The notes under the pieces were generated by a model. It made no database searches. It was not told where the DNA came from and saw only the letters and a program-made list of their open reading frames with translations. Below are positions 51,058-64,000 of a stretch of 64,000 bases of DNA, in pieces. The stretch is from positions 7,628,001 to 7,692,000 of the forward strand of contig CM119371.1 in assembly GCA_051294905.1 (NCBI GenBank), in the 5' to 3' direction. Position 1 is the stretch's first letter; the number at the start of each line of letters is the position of its first letter. The position numbers and the translations under genes are program-made. Source of the DNA: Botryllus schlosseri. Lineage: Eukaryota.

Positions 51058-54000
51058 TGCTCATAGTGTGTTACCTGGATAGATGAGCGTCTGATCCAAG
51101 CTGATCCATATGCCAAGGATCAGAAATTATGGTCAAACAGCGACGAACCATTCAGTAACAATTGACAATGAACTCACACAAGGCCGTGCTGGATTCATAG
51201 CCGCTTTTTTACTTCGGTACAATTGCGTCCATCTTATAGAACGGAATGATACAGAAAATACCGTTTTAGACCTTGCTGCATGGCTTAGAACTTTATTTAA
51301 GGGATTACTGAACTGGTTTTAAGCCTATATATGTGTGTGTTACCCAGTATTACAGTATACAGAATTTGTTGAATCGTTCGGTATCGAATTACTGAACGGT
51401 GTAGGCTACTTATGACTATAGATAACTATGCCATCAGTGCCATTACTTTTACATATATTTACATATATTTCTGTACCTCCAAGAAGCTCTTACATATATT
51501 TACACAAAACAGCCTGTAGTATAATGTAAATTTTAACAATCAATTGAGAAACATGAAAAACCATTAGTAAACCCATCCTTAGTTACTTATAGCCGATAAA
51601 GATTTTTTTTTTCAATTTTATTTTTTCAAATTTGTCAAATTTACCAGCTTTTTTTCTGGGTTTCCCACAAGAGTTGAACTTCAATATTTTAACACATGTT
51701 ATAAGGGACCTTGACAGACATATTGGTAAAGAAATTGTTTGGTAACAATATAGTTCACAGATTTGTGAAATATTTCATAAAATGCCCTTACTATTACAAA
51801 GTAAAATTTTTTGCAACCTGCTTTTCGTTTGTACAGTAGATGTTTGCACTGTCGGTGAACTAATCATTTGACATTTCACAGCTTATAGCCTACTTTATAT
51901 GCCTACCGTTGTAGACGCCTCATTGTCTGCTCATTGTGAACCATAAACAGTCAAATGAAACAAATTGGTTGACATGATGTTATGCTCTACGTACCGCAAT
52001 ATTCTGACTAAAGCAAGACTGTGAGGGCATTGGTTCTTATATTGAGCAGCACATGATGAAAAATCGTGATGTAGACAACATTGCCAGAACGAAGTAACAC
52101 GGCGTGTCATTGTTTCCACCGAAAAACTGCTGTTGCTGAACATTCTTTCTCCATTCTTTGCAAGCTACTAATTAAGGACAGACATTTCCTACTCGATAAT
52201 GTTGGAAAGTAGGCCCTATCTGTCGCTGTACTACAACAAATTTTAATTATTTCTAACATAATGCGTGATGTAGCTACTCGAATTCTTTATAGGTCCAGAT
52301 TTCGTTAAAATAAAGTTTTTTCATGTTACAATTTGTCAATTTTTTAGTCAAAAAAGTTTACATATATGAGGTCAAAATTTGGTCGAAAGCAAGTTTTTCA
52401 AGGTCAAAATCTTTCGTTTAAGGTAGAAAAATAGGCCTAGTTACCCAACAATTCCCACTGTCGCAGCGGTGATGAAACTGGTGCGTAATAACAGAAATCG
52501 CAAATCAATCAAAGACGGTTAAAATTGTCGCGTCTTTACTAAATTAAAAGTGGAAGCAGTAGTTTCAGAGACTCATTAAAAATATTATCACAAGTAGATC
52601 TAAAAAATGAAAGCCTGACAAGTACTCAATAGTACATTTGTACAAGTGTCAGTAAGTAAATTTGGTCAACGGGTATAGAATAATCACAGCAGTTAAACTG
52701 AGGTCGCCTCTTTAATAATTGCAGGCTGCATCCACGCGCAGGATTTCCTACGATTCGTATCACGTTATTACTGAAACATTTGGAAAGTGGCACGGGCGCA
52801 CGTTTTATCACACAATACAGGGCGAAATTCCGCCTGTTGTTAGTAAATACGGCAATGGCACGTCCCAAAGCTGCACCAATGCGTTGTGACTTCGACTCCA
52901 GAATTTTTACCAACATGTGAGAGGAGGGTTATCTAGACGGCGTATAATCGCCATATGATTCGGTGTTCTGCAAAAATACTACAAAGAAAACGGACCGTGC
53001 CCCCAAGGCGACAGATCAGTAGTCACAGTACAGAATAACGGCATAGTGTACCAGATAGATACTAAGTAGGGATGGTGTGAACGTAAGGTTCACGTTCGCG
53101 TTCCGTATGTGAACCTCAGAAATTTATAGGTTCTCGATCACAAACGAACATTGGCAGGTTTTGCACTGTGAACCATTTTCATATATTACAATTGTCATTA
53201 TATTCTGACATCTTTGTATGAAATTTATTGCATTTCAACTTCAACTGAGAGTCACTCTATGCATGGCGATGGCAGCATGAAAAATCAACACAAAACGAGC
53301 ATGCACCTTGACAATCTCAAGTTTGCTCGAAATATTACGCTTTTCAGTGGCTCTCTGCTGTGAGCTTGTCCCGCGATCACACAATATCAAGAACGAAATA
53401 CATTATAAGATATTATATATATTCATTATAAGATATTTAGTTGAAATTTATTGCCTTTCAACAGCTGGTCACTATATATGCATGGCGCTAGAAGGATTAA
53501 AAAAATCAAGTCTAAACGAGGATGTAACTTGAAAATCTCGAAAATGTTCCTTGCTTTGCTACAAAAGTTTGCTCGAATATTTAGTGACTCTTTGCTGTGT
53601 GCTTGGCCCGCAATCATACAACATCAAGAGACCCACACTACATGTGAGTAGTCAGCGAATGATGCTTATTCAACCAATTAATGAAATTGATATCGTTGTC
53701 CGATGTAAAAAAATCTAGCTGGCGTACGGGGTCAATCTTGATTTCATATGTTTATTGTATCATAAAAACCAAATTCATGCGATCGGGTGTTGGCTACTAT
53801 TGTATAACTTGTGGGGTAGTATAGGTAGCAAGTATGAGAACCCGTTTCACACTATGCTCAATATGAACGGAGCAATACTCAGACACCGGACACATTGTGC
53901 AGTCTGGCCTAGACTGTTAACGCGTAAGCTTATATTCCCTTGCAAGCAAAGTTGTCTCTAATTTTCCACGAGTCTGCGAGCACTCACCCAACTCACTGCG

Positions 54001-54842
54001 CGGTCCCTTGGACAACAGTACGTAACTACAAAAAAAAGTCATCACTTCGGCTTTTTTAGCGTGCCACTCATTGTTCCATGCGCACAATGTCCATCTTTCT
54101 CAGATTGGCAAACTTGGATTAATTCTGTGACGCATAAAATGTGTCACAACTTTCAGAATAGAATTTCACTTTCAGGGTAGAAACGCTCTGCGGGCCGGAC
54201 AAAATACCTTCACGGGCAGGATCCTGACCGCCGACCGTATGTTGCCCATCTCTGCCATATCGTATACGTCGGCTATTTCGGGTGGAAATTCTCCACAGAC
54301 TCATGAAACACATGTTTTGGAAAGTATTTACACAATTATGGCCTAATTTTACAACTTAAAAACACAATTTTTTTAAAAAAGTTTTAAACAAAGTGTTTTA
54401 AATAACCAATTCTTTTAAATGCAACACAGGACATTACCACTTCGTAGCACTTTGTGCGAATTGTGCTGGTCGATTATTACGGACAGAAATGTCTTCCGAT
54501 AGTCATTCGTGGTCGTGTGCAACATGCTTCTCGGTGCTGAGATATGACTAACCTAAGTTTGGAGGCAGCAACGGTATAAATAAAGAATTTAAACTATATT
54601 TTTCGTTGTTAACGTATTACTCTAGGCGTGACGGAGTATATCTGCAATACTTAACAACATCGCCCCTCAGTAATCGATTCCATTCACTGCCTCCATTCAC
54701 CGTGGTGCCTAGCTCCACTGTGAATAAACATATCTTCTGAATCGCACGACCACAGATGTTATTCGTTGTCGCCGAAATCCCTCTCTATGTGCGACGTGCG
54801 AGTGCGAGTTCGCCGCATTAAATAATAAAATATTTTCCATAC

Positions 54843-54946
54843 TGGCGAAACGGCTCTTCCTCCAAAATAGTAGTTGTCCGTAGTTTGCTGTTTCCTGTCT
54901 CGGTATGCGAAAATGGATCCTACCGTTGTAGATAACGCAAAAAGTC
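54843..54946 (-). CDS. SLC5 sodium:solute symporter (SLC5A6/8/12-like), second visible exon
   Basis: tttacag acceptor, gtatgg donor, 104 bp: LFALSTTVGSIFAYRDRKQQTTDNYYFGGRAVSP. Confidence 0.72.
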
Positions 54947-55014
54947 CTGTAAACATATATCGAGACACATCTCTTTGATCATACTAACTATTCAACGACA
55001 ATGTCGCTACGCAC

Positions 55015-55063
55015 CAATAAAAATAAAGAAGTCGACAGCTCCAAATGTATCTGCTTTGTGCAT
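55015..55063 (-). CDS. SLC5 symporter, first visible exon
   Basis: MHKADTFGAVDFFIFI+G, donor gtgcgt, 68-bp phase-1 intron joining in frame; F..D..F start typical of SLC5 TM1. Start codon uncertain. Confidence 0.62.
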
Positions 55064-57048
55064 CGCCAATGTTGCATTGACGATTTCTGGATATATCGTA
55101 ATTTCTTGTTGGACAAATCGGTTCTAACGCCATGCAGTTATTTCTTGCCATAGTAGCAGTGTAGTAGGATCGAAAGTAACGAGATTACTTCTTGGTATTG
55201 AACCAATGTGAGGCCTGAAATGAATATAGACGAGGAAGCAGTTACGTAACTGTTCACTTTGACACTATAGGCTGCAGGAGTTTAATTCATCAGTTTTGAT
55301 TGAAATAGACATGCTGCAGTAGGTAAATGTTTAGTAGAATTTTCTAGTTAGAATTCAAAACAAGAAGAAATTGTAAGAGGCTAATCCCGAGTTTGAGACC
55401 AAAATCATACCAGCGTTTGTACAATTTAGGCAGTGCGATACAAGAAATCACCATTAAATCAGAATGCTATTCTAAATTGCAGTCTGCCTATGCTACACAA
55501 CATATATACTACCGCACTACCGACACCTATAACATCTTCCAAACTACTTCAAGTATAAGAAGATTTTGCTTGCTTCGAATACCAGTACGCCATTGACGTC
55601 AAAGGCCACTAAAGGAAATACTATGGCAGGTGACGACAAACCAGATCGAAGGTAACAGCACGGGAATGATATTGTGAAGGCTAAACTGGAGATTAAACAT
55701 TGTACCAAAATATCGTCGAGGATATACGTGAGACCAATACGAATTGGTACAATTTCCTGGTCTAGTTCTTTATCGATCTAGCAGCCAAGCAAGAAATACA
55801 CGTATAATATAATTTCTATATGTAATTGCAATAAATATCAACGTTTTCACAATAATTCCAAAATTAGCAGTCTTTTTCTCAAGGCTGTAGGACAAGGGTG
55901 TCAAACATACGACTCGCCAGACGATTTCAACAGACCCACGAAGCAACTCTATGTAGATTTACATTTTGTTTGTATTATCCAGCAATATCTATGGAATCTT
56001 GAGATTTTTAGTAAGAAGCACTTTTATTGAACAATGTCTCAAGACTGAAAAGGCCTAGCCTTCATAGTTCTCGTTATTACTATCCGATGGAGGTGTTGAG
56101 GCTTCATTATTATCACCACTATAGGAAGAAGTCGGTGACATGAACACCCAATTCCAAGAAGGCAAAAATAAACGGAAAAGTGGTCATTCACAGAAGTGAA
56201 AACGCCTATTCGAAACTTATATATGCAGGTTACATGGAGAATATATAATAGTTACGTTAAATACAATTCAAACATCACTGTTTGCCCTGTTGTATTATTT
56301 TCGACTTATGGTTTGGCAAGCCCTGACACGCGTGCTATCGGGTTAGAATCCCTAGAAACCATTGACAGCAATGAGCTTTAGATACAATGCCGCGTCAGAG
56401 GTAATGGCGTCTATCGGTCTGGAAACATGTACCTCACTCCAATCTTAAGTTGCCTACTTAAGCGAACCACTGTCCCATTCTTAATCAATATACAGGCAGA
56501 CAGTATAGCAGATAATTTAATGAAACGTGGCCTTAAAGAATGAAGAGTCCTCGGTGACCAAACATCGAAATTTATAAATTAGGAACGCCTCCGCGGAGAA
56601 GGTAATATGCTTAAACAAATAATAGTCCCAACAAGAACAAATAGACCCTTTCGTTGCCCTGATAAATGAGCAAACCGTTTTCCATGATGTATAAATAACG
56701 TGATTGCTTATATATTAAGTCTAGTCGTGACAAGTCATGAATACAACATACAGCCTGGTCAATTACTTTCTAGTTTCATTTTAGTTTGTTTATCAAACAT
56801 TCGCGCGATTGTTTTTCGTCAATTTTATCAATATATATATGAATTCGTAGTTATGATATGTGGACCGCGACACATAAGTCACCGGTCTCTCAGTGCGAAT
56901 AAGTATGCCAGACATTTTGATGTTGTTTTCAATAAACATTGAAAGGGAATACAGCTCAAGGATGATATGCCTGATTAGGCGAGAACCTGAATATGTATCA
57001 AAAATACATTGCAGGTCAATCGGGTAAAACGGAATTATTTCGTTAGAT

Positions 57049-57148
57049 ATGGAAAGCAGGACATCGACGAAGGCCTATCTGCTGGCTGCACTGGTGTTAC
57101 TTGCGGGGCAATGCGAGGAATCAAAAGCGGCTACCACTACGAAACATG
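57049..57148 (+). CDS. itln: Intelectin D, coding exon 1 (signal peptide), donor apparently mutated
   Basis: MESRTSTKAYLLAALVLLAGQCEESKAATTTKH+G, homologous to B exon 1, but followed by ctaaat instead of gt. Confidence 0.7.
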
Positions 57149-58963
57149 CTAAATATTCTCGCATCAATAATAAAATCGCCGTATTTAGGATCGACCCCTT
57201 ATGCCGAACAGTGAACAATTCATTTATTTGCCACAGCCTTCGGATATACGTTCTGCACATCTAAAATAGCTTGCGATGTACGTGGGTGGAGACTTGCTTA
57301 GCTAGACTAGATGGCAGATATCACGGATAACCGGGTGTCGTTGAATTGGACATGAAGACATCAAAAGTTGCATTTGTTCATTTCTCGTATGTCATCTCGT
57401 GCATTCCTCACGTAATGCAACGCCAATTCACTAGTAAATCAAAGGGGTATAGATATATGACAACTTGAATATAGTATTATATGCCAATTCATCGATTTCA
57501 CTGCAATGGTATCAAGTATACGACCCGCGGGCCGCATTCGGCCCGTCAGACGATTGGTGGTCGCACTCCTGTAAAACTTCTGACTCAAAAGATCCCGCGC
57601 TTTCAGAAAACCCCAGGTGATAATTTGTAATAATGAACCATGGCACCGAAGAAGAATGGCCTCGCAGTGGATAGTTTACCGATGACATATGATTACATAG
57701 CAGAACAATAATAGTTCTACATATCTCTGAGTTCTCATTGCAAGCTAACATTCGACAAAATCTGTCAAATCACAACGTTTTTCGTTGCGCTGTTCGCGAA
57801 ATATCCACCGAATTTGGCGTACTTTTGGATTGCCAATTCCCTGTTATAACAGTCCCGTCACGCTAGCTACACCAAGTCGTTCCGACACCTTCCTATATTT
57901 TCATTGTATCGCAGTTTTGTGCTGTTTTGAAAGGATTAAAATATTATTAAACTGATACTGAAACTGATAGCTTGGGTTATTTTCCGCAAAATGTTTTGAA
58001 CTATAGGAACTAGATATTTTATTCTGCAGCGCACTGCGTGTCGAAATCGAAAAGGCACTGTAGGCTATTGTACAACTTTTGAGGGTGCTGCCCTTGGTAC
58101 ATCAAAGATGTTTTGAAGCTTTTTGGCCAAAATAATTAACTATACATGTATTAGAGAGCTGGTAAATTAAATCGTCAGATTATTGCTTCATCATATCATA
58201 AAGGATGATACTGCTTAGTTTTGTTACCCTCATTCATGTTAAACCTAAGAGCTTGGTACAGGACTAAATTTATTGGGAGGAAATCTCTACCATATTCTCA
58301 GTTGATTTAGTAGTCACACAAAGCAATAAAACAAAACCCAATACAATTAACTTCCCCGTATTGCCAATCGCAGAGGAGAATCCAGATGTCTGCATCGATC
58401 TCAACCCAAATGCTATGAGTCCGCAGGCCTTACCCAATGGTTGTTACACCAACCTCGATTTGATCCCTAAAATAGCTCTTACAATTATACCGTTAATTAG
58501 TCGAGTGATCTGATATTGAAGTCCCAACCCAAAATCGGACTTCGACCCCTTACCCATTGTTTTCACTATAGTCCGTAAAATAGGGGGGCGCCAGACAATT
58601 TTTGAAAGGGGCGCTGGATAAAAAAAGATGAAGAACCATTGGTCTAGATCAGTGGTTTTCAACCTTTTTTTAGACACGTTCCCCTTTTATGATAGTGAAC
58701 AATTTCGCGACCCCTTATCGTCATATCACAAAATCCAACCGGGATGCTAACAACCTCAACAGATTGTTTGATGGCATGGAAGGTTACGACTGCTGATGAG
58801 AGAAATAAAAAAATATGAAATTCGGTATATATATAGAGAAACACGCGTGAATTGAAGGTAAATCGCGCAGAGCGGGAAATTTTTTTTCCGTTGACCGCTT
58901 CTTCGCTTTCCCCATCAGATGCTTTCACGCCCCCCAGGTTGGGAACAACTGCATGGTCTAGAT

Positions 58964-60977
58964 CAGTGGTTCCCAACCTTTTTCGGTGACAGGGCCAAAT
59001 TTAGAATTTCAGAGTACGGTCGGGGCCGCACGAATACCAAGGCAATGAAAGGAACCCAAAATAGTCCCCAAAATATGAAAATTGGCATTGTACCGATCAT
59101 TCGCTTGACGCCATTGGCCATTGTGTTGACGGACTCCCGTTGTTCAGAACAATCAACGTTTGCTGGCTATTTCGTAGTAGTTTTATTTCCCTGGCAAGAT
59201 TTCAATTCGTATTTTTGGAATCAGTGCGACACTTGCTTTCGATAAACACCGACATATCAAATTATTCGGACGCTTCCGTCTCGAGCTGTAGGTCTGCCAA
59301 TTATGCCGCTTTTTGTCAGCTAAGCAGTACGCATCTCGGCGTATTCAATCGTGAGTCACTTGTTGCACATTTATCCGTAAATCAGTTTTCAATACTCGGG
59401 CCGTAACAGCACTTCATCAGACCCCCCAAAACGTTAATCTTGCCCCCCCCCCCATAAGGTGATAAACCGAACTTCGAAGTCCCCCAGCTCCTCTCAGGCT
59501 AGATGGCTGTTAACCGCTATTTATCATCTAAATCGGGTGTCCGTGTTAGGCAGCTTATCCCAAATAATCGCGCGAAGCGCGAAAAATCTCTATAATTCAT
59601 GATTGAATCGGTCAATATAATCAGGAATTGCATATGTATTGGTATCAATTTTTATCCTCTCAGTGCTCACGTAATCAGATTGACCGGTTGAGCCTAGTGA
59701 GTTGTGTTTGAAAAGGTAGGACCACTCAACAATAATTAAACATCTTCGGGCGTATACCCGTCGGCAAGGTACGAAACAGCACTTCGTCCGACCCCCCCAA
59801 AAAACACTTAGGTATTGAGCTCCCATACGGTGATAAACCGACTCCCCGCCCCGCTGTTTGCTTCTTCCACGAAATCAGGATCACCGTTTAGTGAGCCAGC
59901 GTGGAGCGCGAAAACTTTCGATAATTCAAAATAAAATAGGTCAATAAGATCGGGAATTGCATATATATTGCTATCACTGCTCACGTAATGAGATTTACCG
60001 GTATAGCTGAGTGAGGTGTTTTGGAAACTGTAGGGTCCGTAAATAATAATTAAACATAGTCGGACGGGCGGACCCGTTGGTACGACTTCGTTACATGATG
60101 TCATTTTGTGACCTCCAGTCTGTTAAATCAAAAAATATAGAATCGCCCAAACGTACTAAACTAAAAGATTCACACGATTTCAAATTGGTGGTAATTCACT
60201 GGCATATAATTCTTCCCTTCGGGATGACAGCCTATTTGTCTCGTGAGGTTCAGATTGCCAAGACAGTAACATTCGGTGCCAGTCATTAAGGCGCCTATGG
60301 TCAATTATACATATATGTATTTTGTATATACATAACGAAGTTTTCGGTCAGCGAAAGGGCAGTCCTTTTCGGCCAAGGTTTTCTCGCTGCCGATCGTTCG
60401 GGCACACTTCTTGGAGTCGCATGTTACATGGTCGAAAACTTCATATATCTTCGTGCGTCGTGGCACGGTAATGGCCAACGCCGATACACCCACTTCTATA
60501 GATCTTGCGTATTTGATATTGGTGGAAAAGATTACCCAATAATTAAGGTACTTGGAAACTTGAAATCGCGAATAGCGCGAATTTTTTTTGAAAAAGATGC
60601 ATAACATTTCATGAAATACTCTATAATTTATGCTAATTCACAAAATAATTTTGGGCCCCCTTCGAGCTCACCCCCCCAATTAGGGGGGGGGGTGGCAGTT
60701 ACGGTCCTGTCGATACCTATATCTATACCTACATCTATAGGTACTGCTCGTTCAACTGGAAAGTTAGGGCACATTGCATTGAAACAGCAGTGACGTAATC
60801 TTAGCAGTCTACTCACAACTTTCCTGCAATCCTAATTGAAAACTCCAGACTCCAAGCCAAGCAAGAGTATTTTAAAATATACTTTTTATAACTCGATTTC
60901 TCAATATTTTGTGGGGGCCGCAAGAAGGCTAGCTGGGGGCCGCATGCGGCCCTCGGGGCCGCGGTTGGGAATCACTG
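58964..60977. mobile_element. hAT-type element with nested family H copy
   Basis: TIR CAGTGGTTCCCAACC/GGTTGGGAATCACTG, perfect TSD GTCTAGAT; further short elements stacked at GTCTAGAT sites 58575-58955. Confidence 0.8.
59397..60709. mobile_element. Family H element, near full length
   Basis: Ends CGGGCCGTAAC and GTTACGGTCCTG, degenerate TSD tcaatact/tcgatacc. Confidence 0.72.
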
Positions 60978-61847
60978 GTCTAGATAATGCAGTATGCAAT
61001 GGAAAACAGGGGTTTGGATGTGGAGGCAACATTTTGGCATGGATTGACTGGTGCGGCGCTCAAGCGATGTATGTGCCTTTCAAACCACACTGCTTTAACT
61101 TTAGCAATCTAGCATTTCTTATCGTATCGTAATCTAGCAGTCCATGGCGTGTCCTAATCTAGAAAAGTGGACTCTGACTTTTCATTTTAGTTTTAGAGCT
61201 GTTTTAGCATACCAAACTTCGAAACTCTCTGGACTAAAGACATGAAATACATGTTCCGCTTTTAGAAGTAGTATTCATATTTCACTTTCAATTCCCAGTT
61301 TCATATACTTTAAGTTCTAATTAATATCAGTTCTCTTGTCTGGATAACATACATGTTGAAGTATAAAAGCAAGTTTAGTAATGCCTAACATGTCCGGAAA
61401 TAAAGCTACACAATACGGCATTTTCACGATCTACCATAATTTTATTATTAATGTTGACTAATCGCGCGAAGTGTTTACACGGTATCCTATACAACTTCTC
61501 CGTATTGCTCTCCGACTAAACTACGGGCCTTATAATATGGGAGGGCGCCATACCATGACATTTTCTAAACCTTGCTGTTCGATTAAAGAGAGAATTAGTA
61601 AAGCATTTCCCTATCAATACATCCCATGATGCATACGAATGCTTATGCTGTCGAAAATTGGATACCTCCTGGTGTGCATCAATATGAATCAAGCTCGGCA
61701 CCGTGCGCATAGCTCAATTTGCACCTTTTGACGATCCATGTGAACGAATTACGATCGTTTTCACAACTAATTACTTACTTGAGTAGATTTAAAATCAGTC
61801 AATTCTAGTTCTACTTCAAATAGTTTTAGGTTGCTTATGGAAGAAGT

Positions 61848-62802
61848 AGGGGAGATGTGGTACCGATGGATCACTGGGACCGAAAATTCTCGATGATAAT
61901 TCCATGATTACACTCCGTGAGCTTGGCTACAATTACAAACTGACAGAATCTTTCCTCACATGCACAAGAAATCGACCTGCGTAAGTTATGGGGTCTGTGA
62001 CGAATGATTTAAGTTTTAGGGGGTATAAAGTAAATTTGGATCGACATTTGCATTTTTCTATATCACCTTTCAGACTAACAAACCCGCCATAATTTTTGAT
62101 GTGAAGTATAGGGCTTGTATCTGGGTATATAATGGCACATATTTTTTGAATCAATATCATCCTCGAGTGGACTATTTTCAAGTCAATTACAATATTTATG
62201 GGGGGTGGGACCTATGGTACCATAGCCAAATCAAGCAAAATAGATGGACCAACTAATCACTTAACAACAGAAACTCGCCTACATATATATAGGCTGTATA
62301 TCATAGTTACCTGTGGTGTTTTATCGCTATTACTAGGTATTTGAAAGTCAAAATGCCGATTTGCGGGTAATATGTATGTGGAATTAATTTTGTAAGTTTA
62401 GGCGTAAATCAAAACATGATTTTATGCCAACCTTTGAGTTGATATAATCTATTTTATTCTTGAAGGTCGCGACGAAACATTCTTCATTGGCTTGCTGTAG
62501 CTTAGCTTATAGTACACAACAAAACAAGTTACCAAATTTGAGTTTTTGAGCGTATGTCTCATAGGTCCCATGGTCGTGTGCCTTTGGACCCACCGGGTAG
62601 GGACCGATAACACGTTCGAGCAACAAATTTTAAACGTTTGTAAAATTTTTTTGAAAAGGCCGATATTCATGTAAATGTCCGCGATAGGTAGAACTTGTAT
62701 CGAAGTGTTGAGACAGCAAAGGATCTGCTATATTCTCGGCTGAAGATTTGAGGGCCAGAGATCATATTGCAATTTTTGATCCATCGGTACCACATCTCCC
62801 CT
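61848..62802. mobile_element. Non-autonomous TIR element
   Basis: TIR AGGGGAGATGTGGTACCGATGGATCA at both ends. Confidence 0.8.
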
Positions 62803-62919
62803 CCTTCTACTCATACTTGAGTCGATTTTTTCGCTGCTACTTCTACTTCTACTTGAGTAGCTTTCCTGACTACTTTGATCACCTCTAATTGTATTCCATG
62901 AAGTGTTTCCCACAGCGCA

Positions 62920-64000
62920 TCATAAAAATGAGGCTTTTGCAAAGATAAGTTCATCATTTTAATCAACTCAACAGTCAAAATATCCGTTTTACATGTCCTG
63001 ATCTGATAAAAATTGACGTGTCATCCAAGTGACTCGTGTCGTAAGAAAATGTCAACCCGAATACTTATTAGTAAATGATATACATCGATATTAGCATTTG
63101 TTAGCTGACATTACGTATTGTGGCCGCCAGACTAAACAGCCCAAGTAGTTCGTGCTTGGAGAAGTAAGCCGCTACCAACATGCTCCAAGTAATTAACAAA
63201 AATGGCCAAAGTGTGAAATCAATCGCTAATTCCGATGATTCAGTTGTCACCAGGCTTGAAATTTCACGCAATGTTCGTGAAAAAGGTTGGAGAACTCTGA
63301 CATACGCAAAGAGCTCAATAGAAAAGAGTCGCGCCGAAATAATAATAATAATAATAATATACAAGATAAAGTTCATGCGACATCAACGTGTCCGGACCAA
63401 TAACTTTTTTGTAATGATTCAAGTTACATAGGATTACGTTTCGTACAACTAACTGTCGGCAGCTTCTCTACTTTATGCATGCCCGTAAACCATACCATAC
63501 TAATTTACTAACATTCGAAATGCATTCATTTCAATGTGTGACCTTGGATCGCGAGATGCCAACAAGACTCAGATTTGGGTCGCAGTTTAAAAAGTTCGAG
63601 AAACACTGGTATTGCAGATGCCCGTGTGGCGTGTAGTTTTGCGCAATTCGCGTTCAACATAATTACACCAAACCATGTTTGACTAACTCGCTTTATTTAA
63701 AAAGTTGCCGATTTCAAACTTTAAACTTTGAAAGAAATTGGTAACACTCCGATCATTGGTATTCCACAGATCCACTCAGATCGAATAAAAATCCAGTTCA
63801 AAGCTGTAAAGAATTGAGAAGACATGATCCTAAACTTAGAAATGGAGAGTACTACATCGTCGACAAGGAGGTAAGTATTGGTTTGATAACTGCACAATGG
63901 CTGTCAAATAGCAATGTTGGTGCGCAATCGTCATTTGCATCTTGATTCCTACCGATATGTTTGTGTGGCGAGAGACCAATCCCGACTTACGTCTTCAAAA
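62920..64000 (+). repeat. Paralogous segment to gene A intron 1/exon 2 region (~14560-14830 plus ~17283-18345)
   Basis: Colinear alignment lacking the ~2.45-kb block (14831-17282) and the MITE found in A. Confidence 0.85.
63770..63870 (+). CDS. itln: Intelectin D, coding exon 2 (gene presumably continues beyond window)
   Basis: 101 bp, cacag/gtaagt: DPLRSNKNPVQSCKELRRHDPKLRNGEYYIVDKE. Confidence 0.88.

Larger units (their letters stand above)
47721..51793 (-). mobile_element. Academ-like DNA transposon remnant
   Basis: ~290-bp TIRs starting TAGTAAGGG and ending CCCTTACTA, 3-bp TTA TSD. Minus-strand fragments: VTVDLPI..PRLSGFH; FTPFPLSLF..IIDDGWLL..VIVVFDG; PSDYGW followed by a Cys-rich tail. 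Internal tandem duplications of ~145 bp (47866-48157) and ~80 bp (48598-48757). Confidence 0.7.
46900..53310 (+). repeat. Partial duplication of gene A region (~21895-24255), interrupted by the Academ-like element
   Basis: 46900-47720 aligns with ~21895-22745; 51794-53310 aligns with ~22750-24255. Confidence 0.85.

Overview
AT-rich, transposon-dense animal genomic DNA with spliceosomal introns. It is plausibly an invertebrate chordate such as an ascidian, but the sequence cannot fix the species. Most ORFs in the supplied track are incidental. (1) 1-11851: a giant near-perfect palindrome (arms 1-4569 and 5492-10076, 922-bp spacer). It continues through subterminal repeat arrays to an ...ACTATACTACT end resembling a Maverick/Polinton terminus, which abuts the middle of a host repeat. 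The arms appear to hold serial, heavily decayed endonuclease/phosphatase (EEP)-like modules. (2) An intelectin cluster: gene A (+, four coding exons, signal-peptide exon not in the window), complete five-exon gene B (-, 312 aa), an orphan nonsense-mutated exon copy C, and gene D (+, first two exons, exon-1 donor damaged, running off the window). A and B differ most in the carbohydrate-binding loops. (3) Two 5' exons of an SLC5 symporter, divergent from D. (4) Many TEs: an Academ-like remnant, hAT-type elements with 8-bp TSDs, an I-group LINE 3' end, a Kolobok/THAP-like fragment and two Penelope-like fold-backs with minimal hammerhead motifs. All alignments were done by eye, so repeat boundaries are approximate unless a TSD is quoted.
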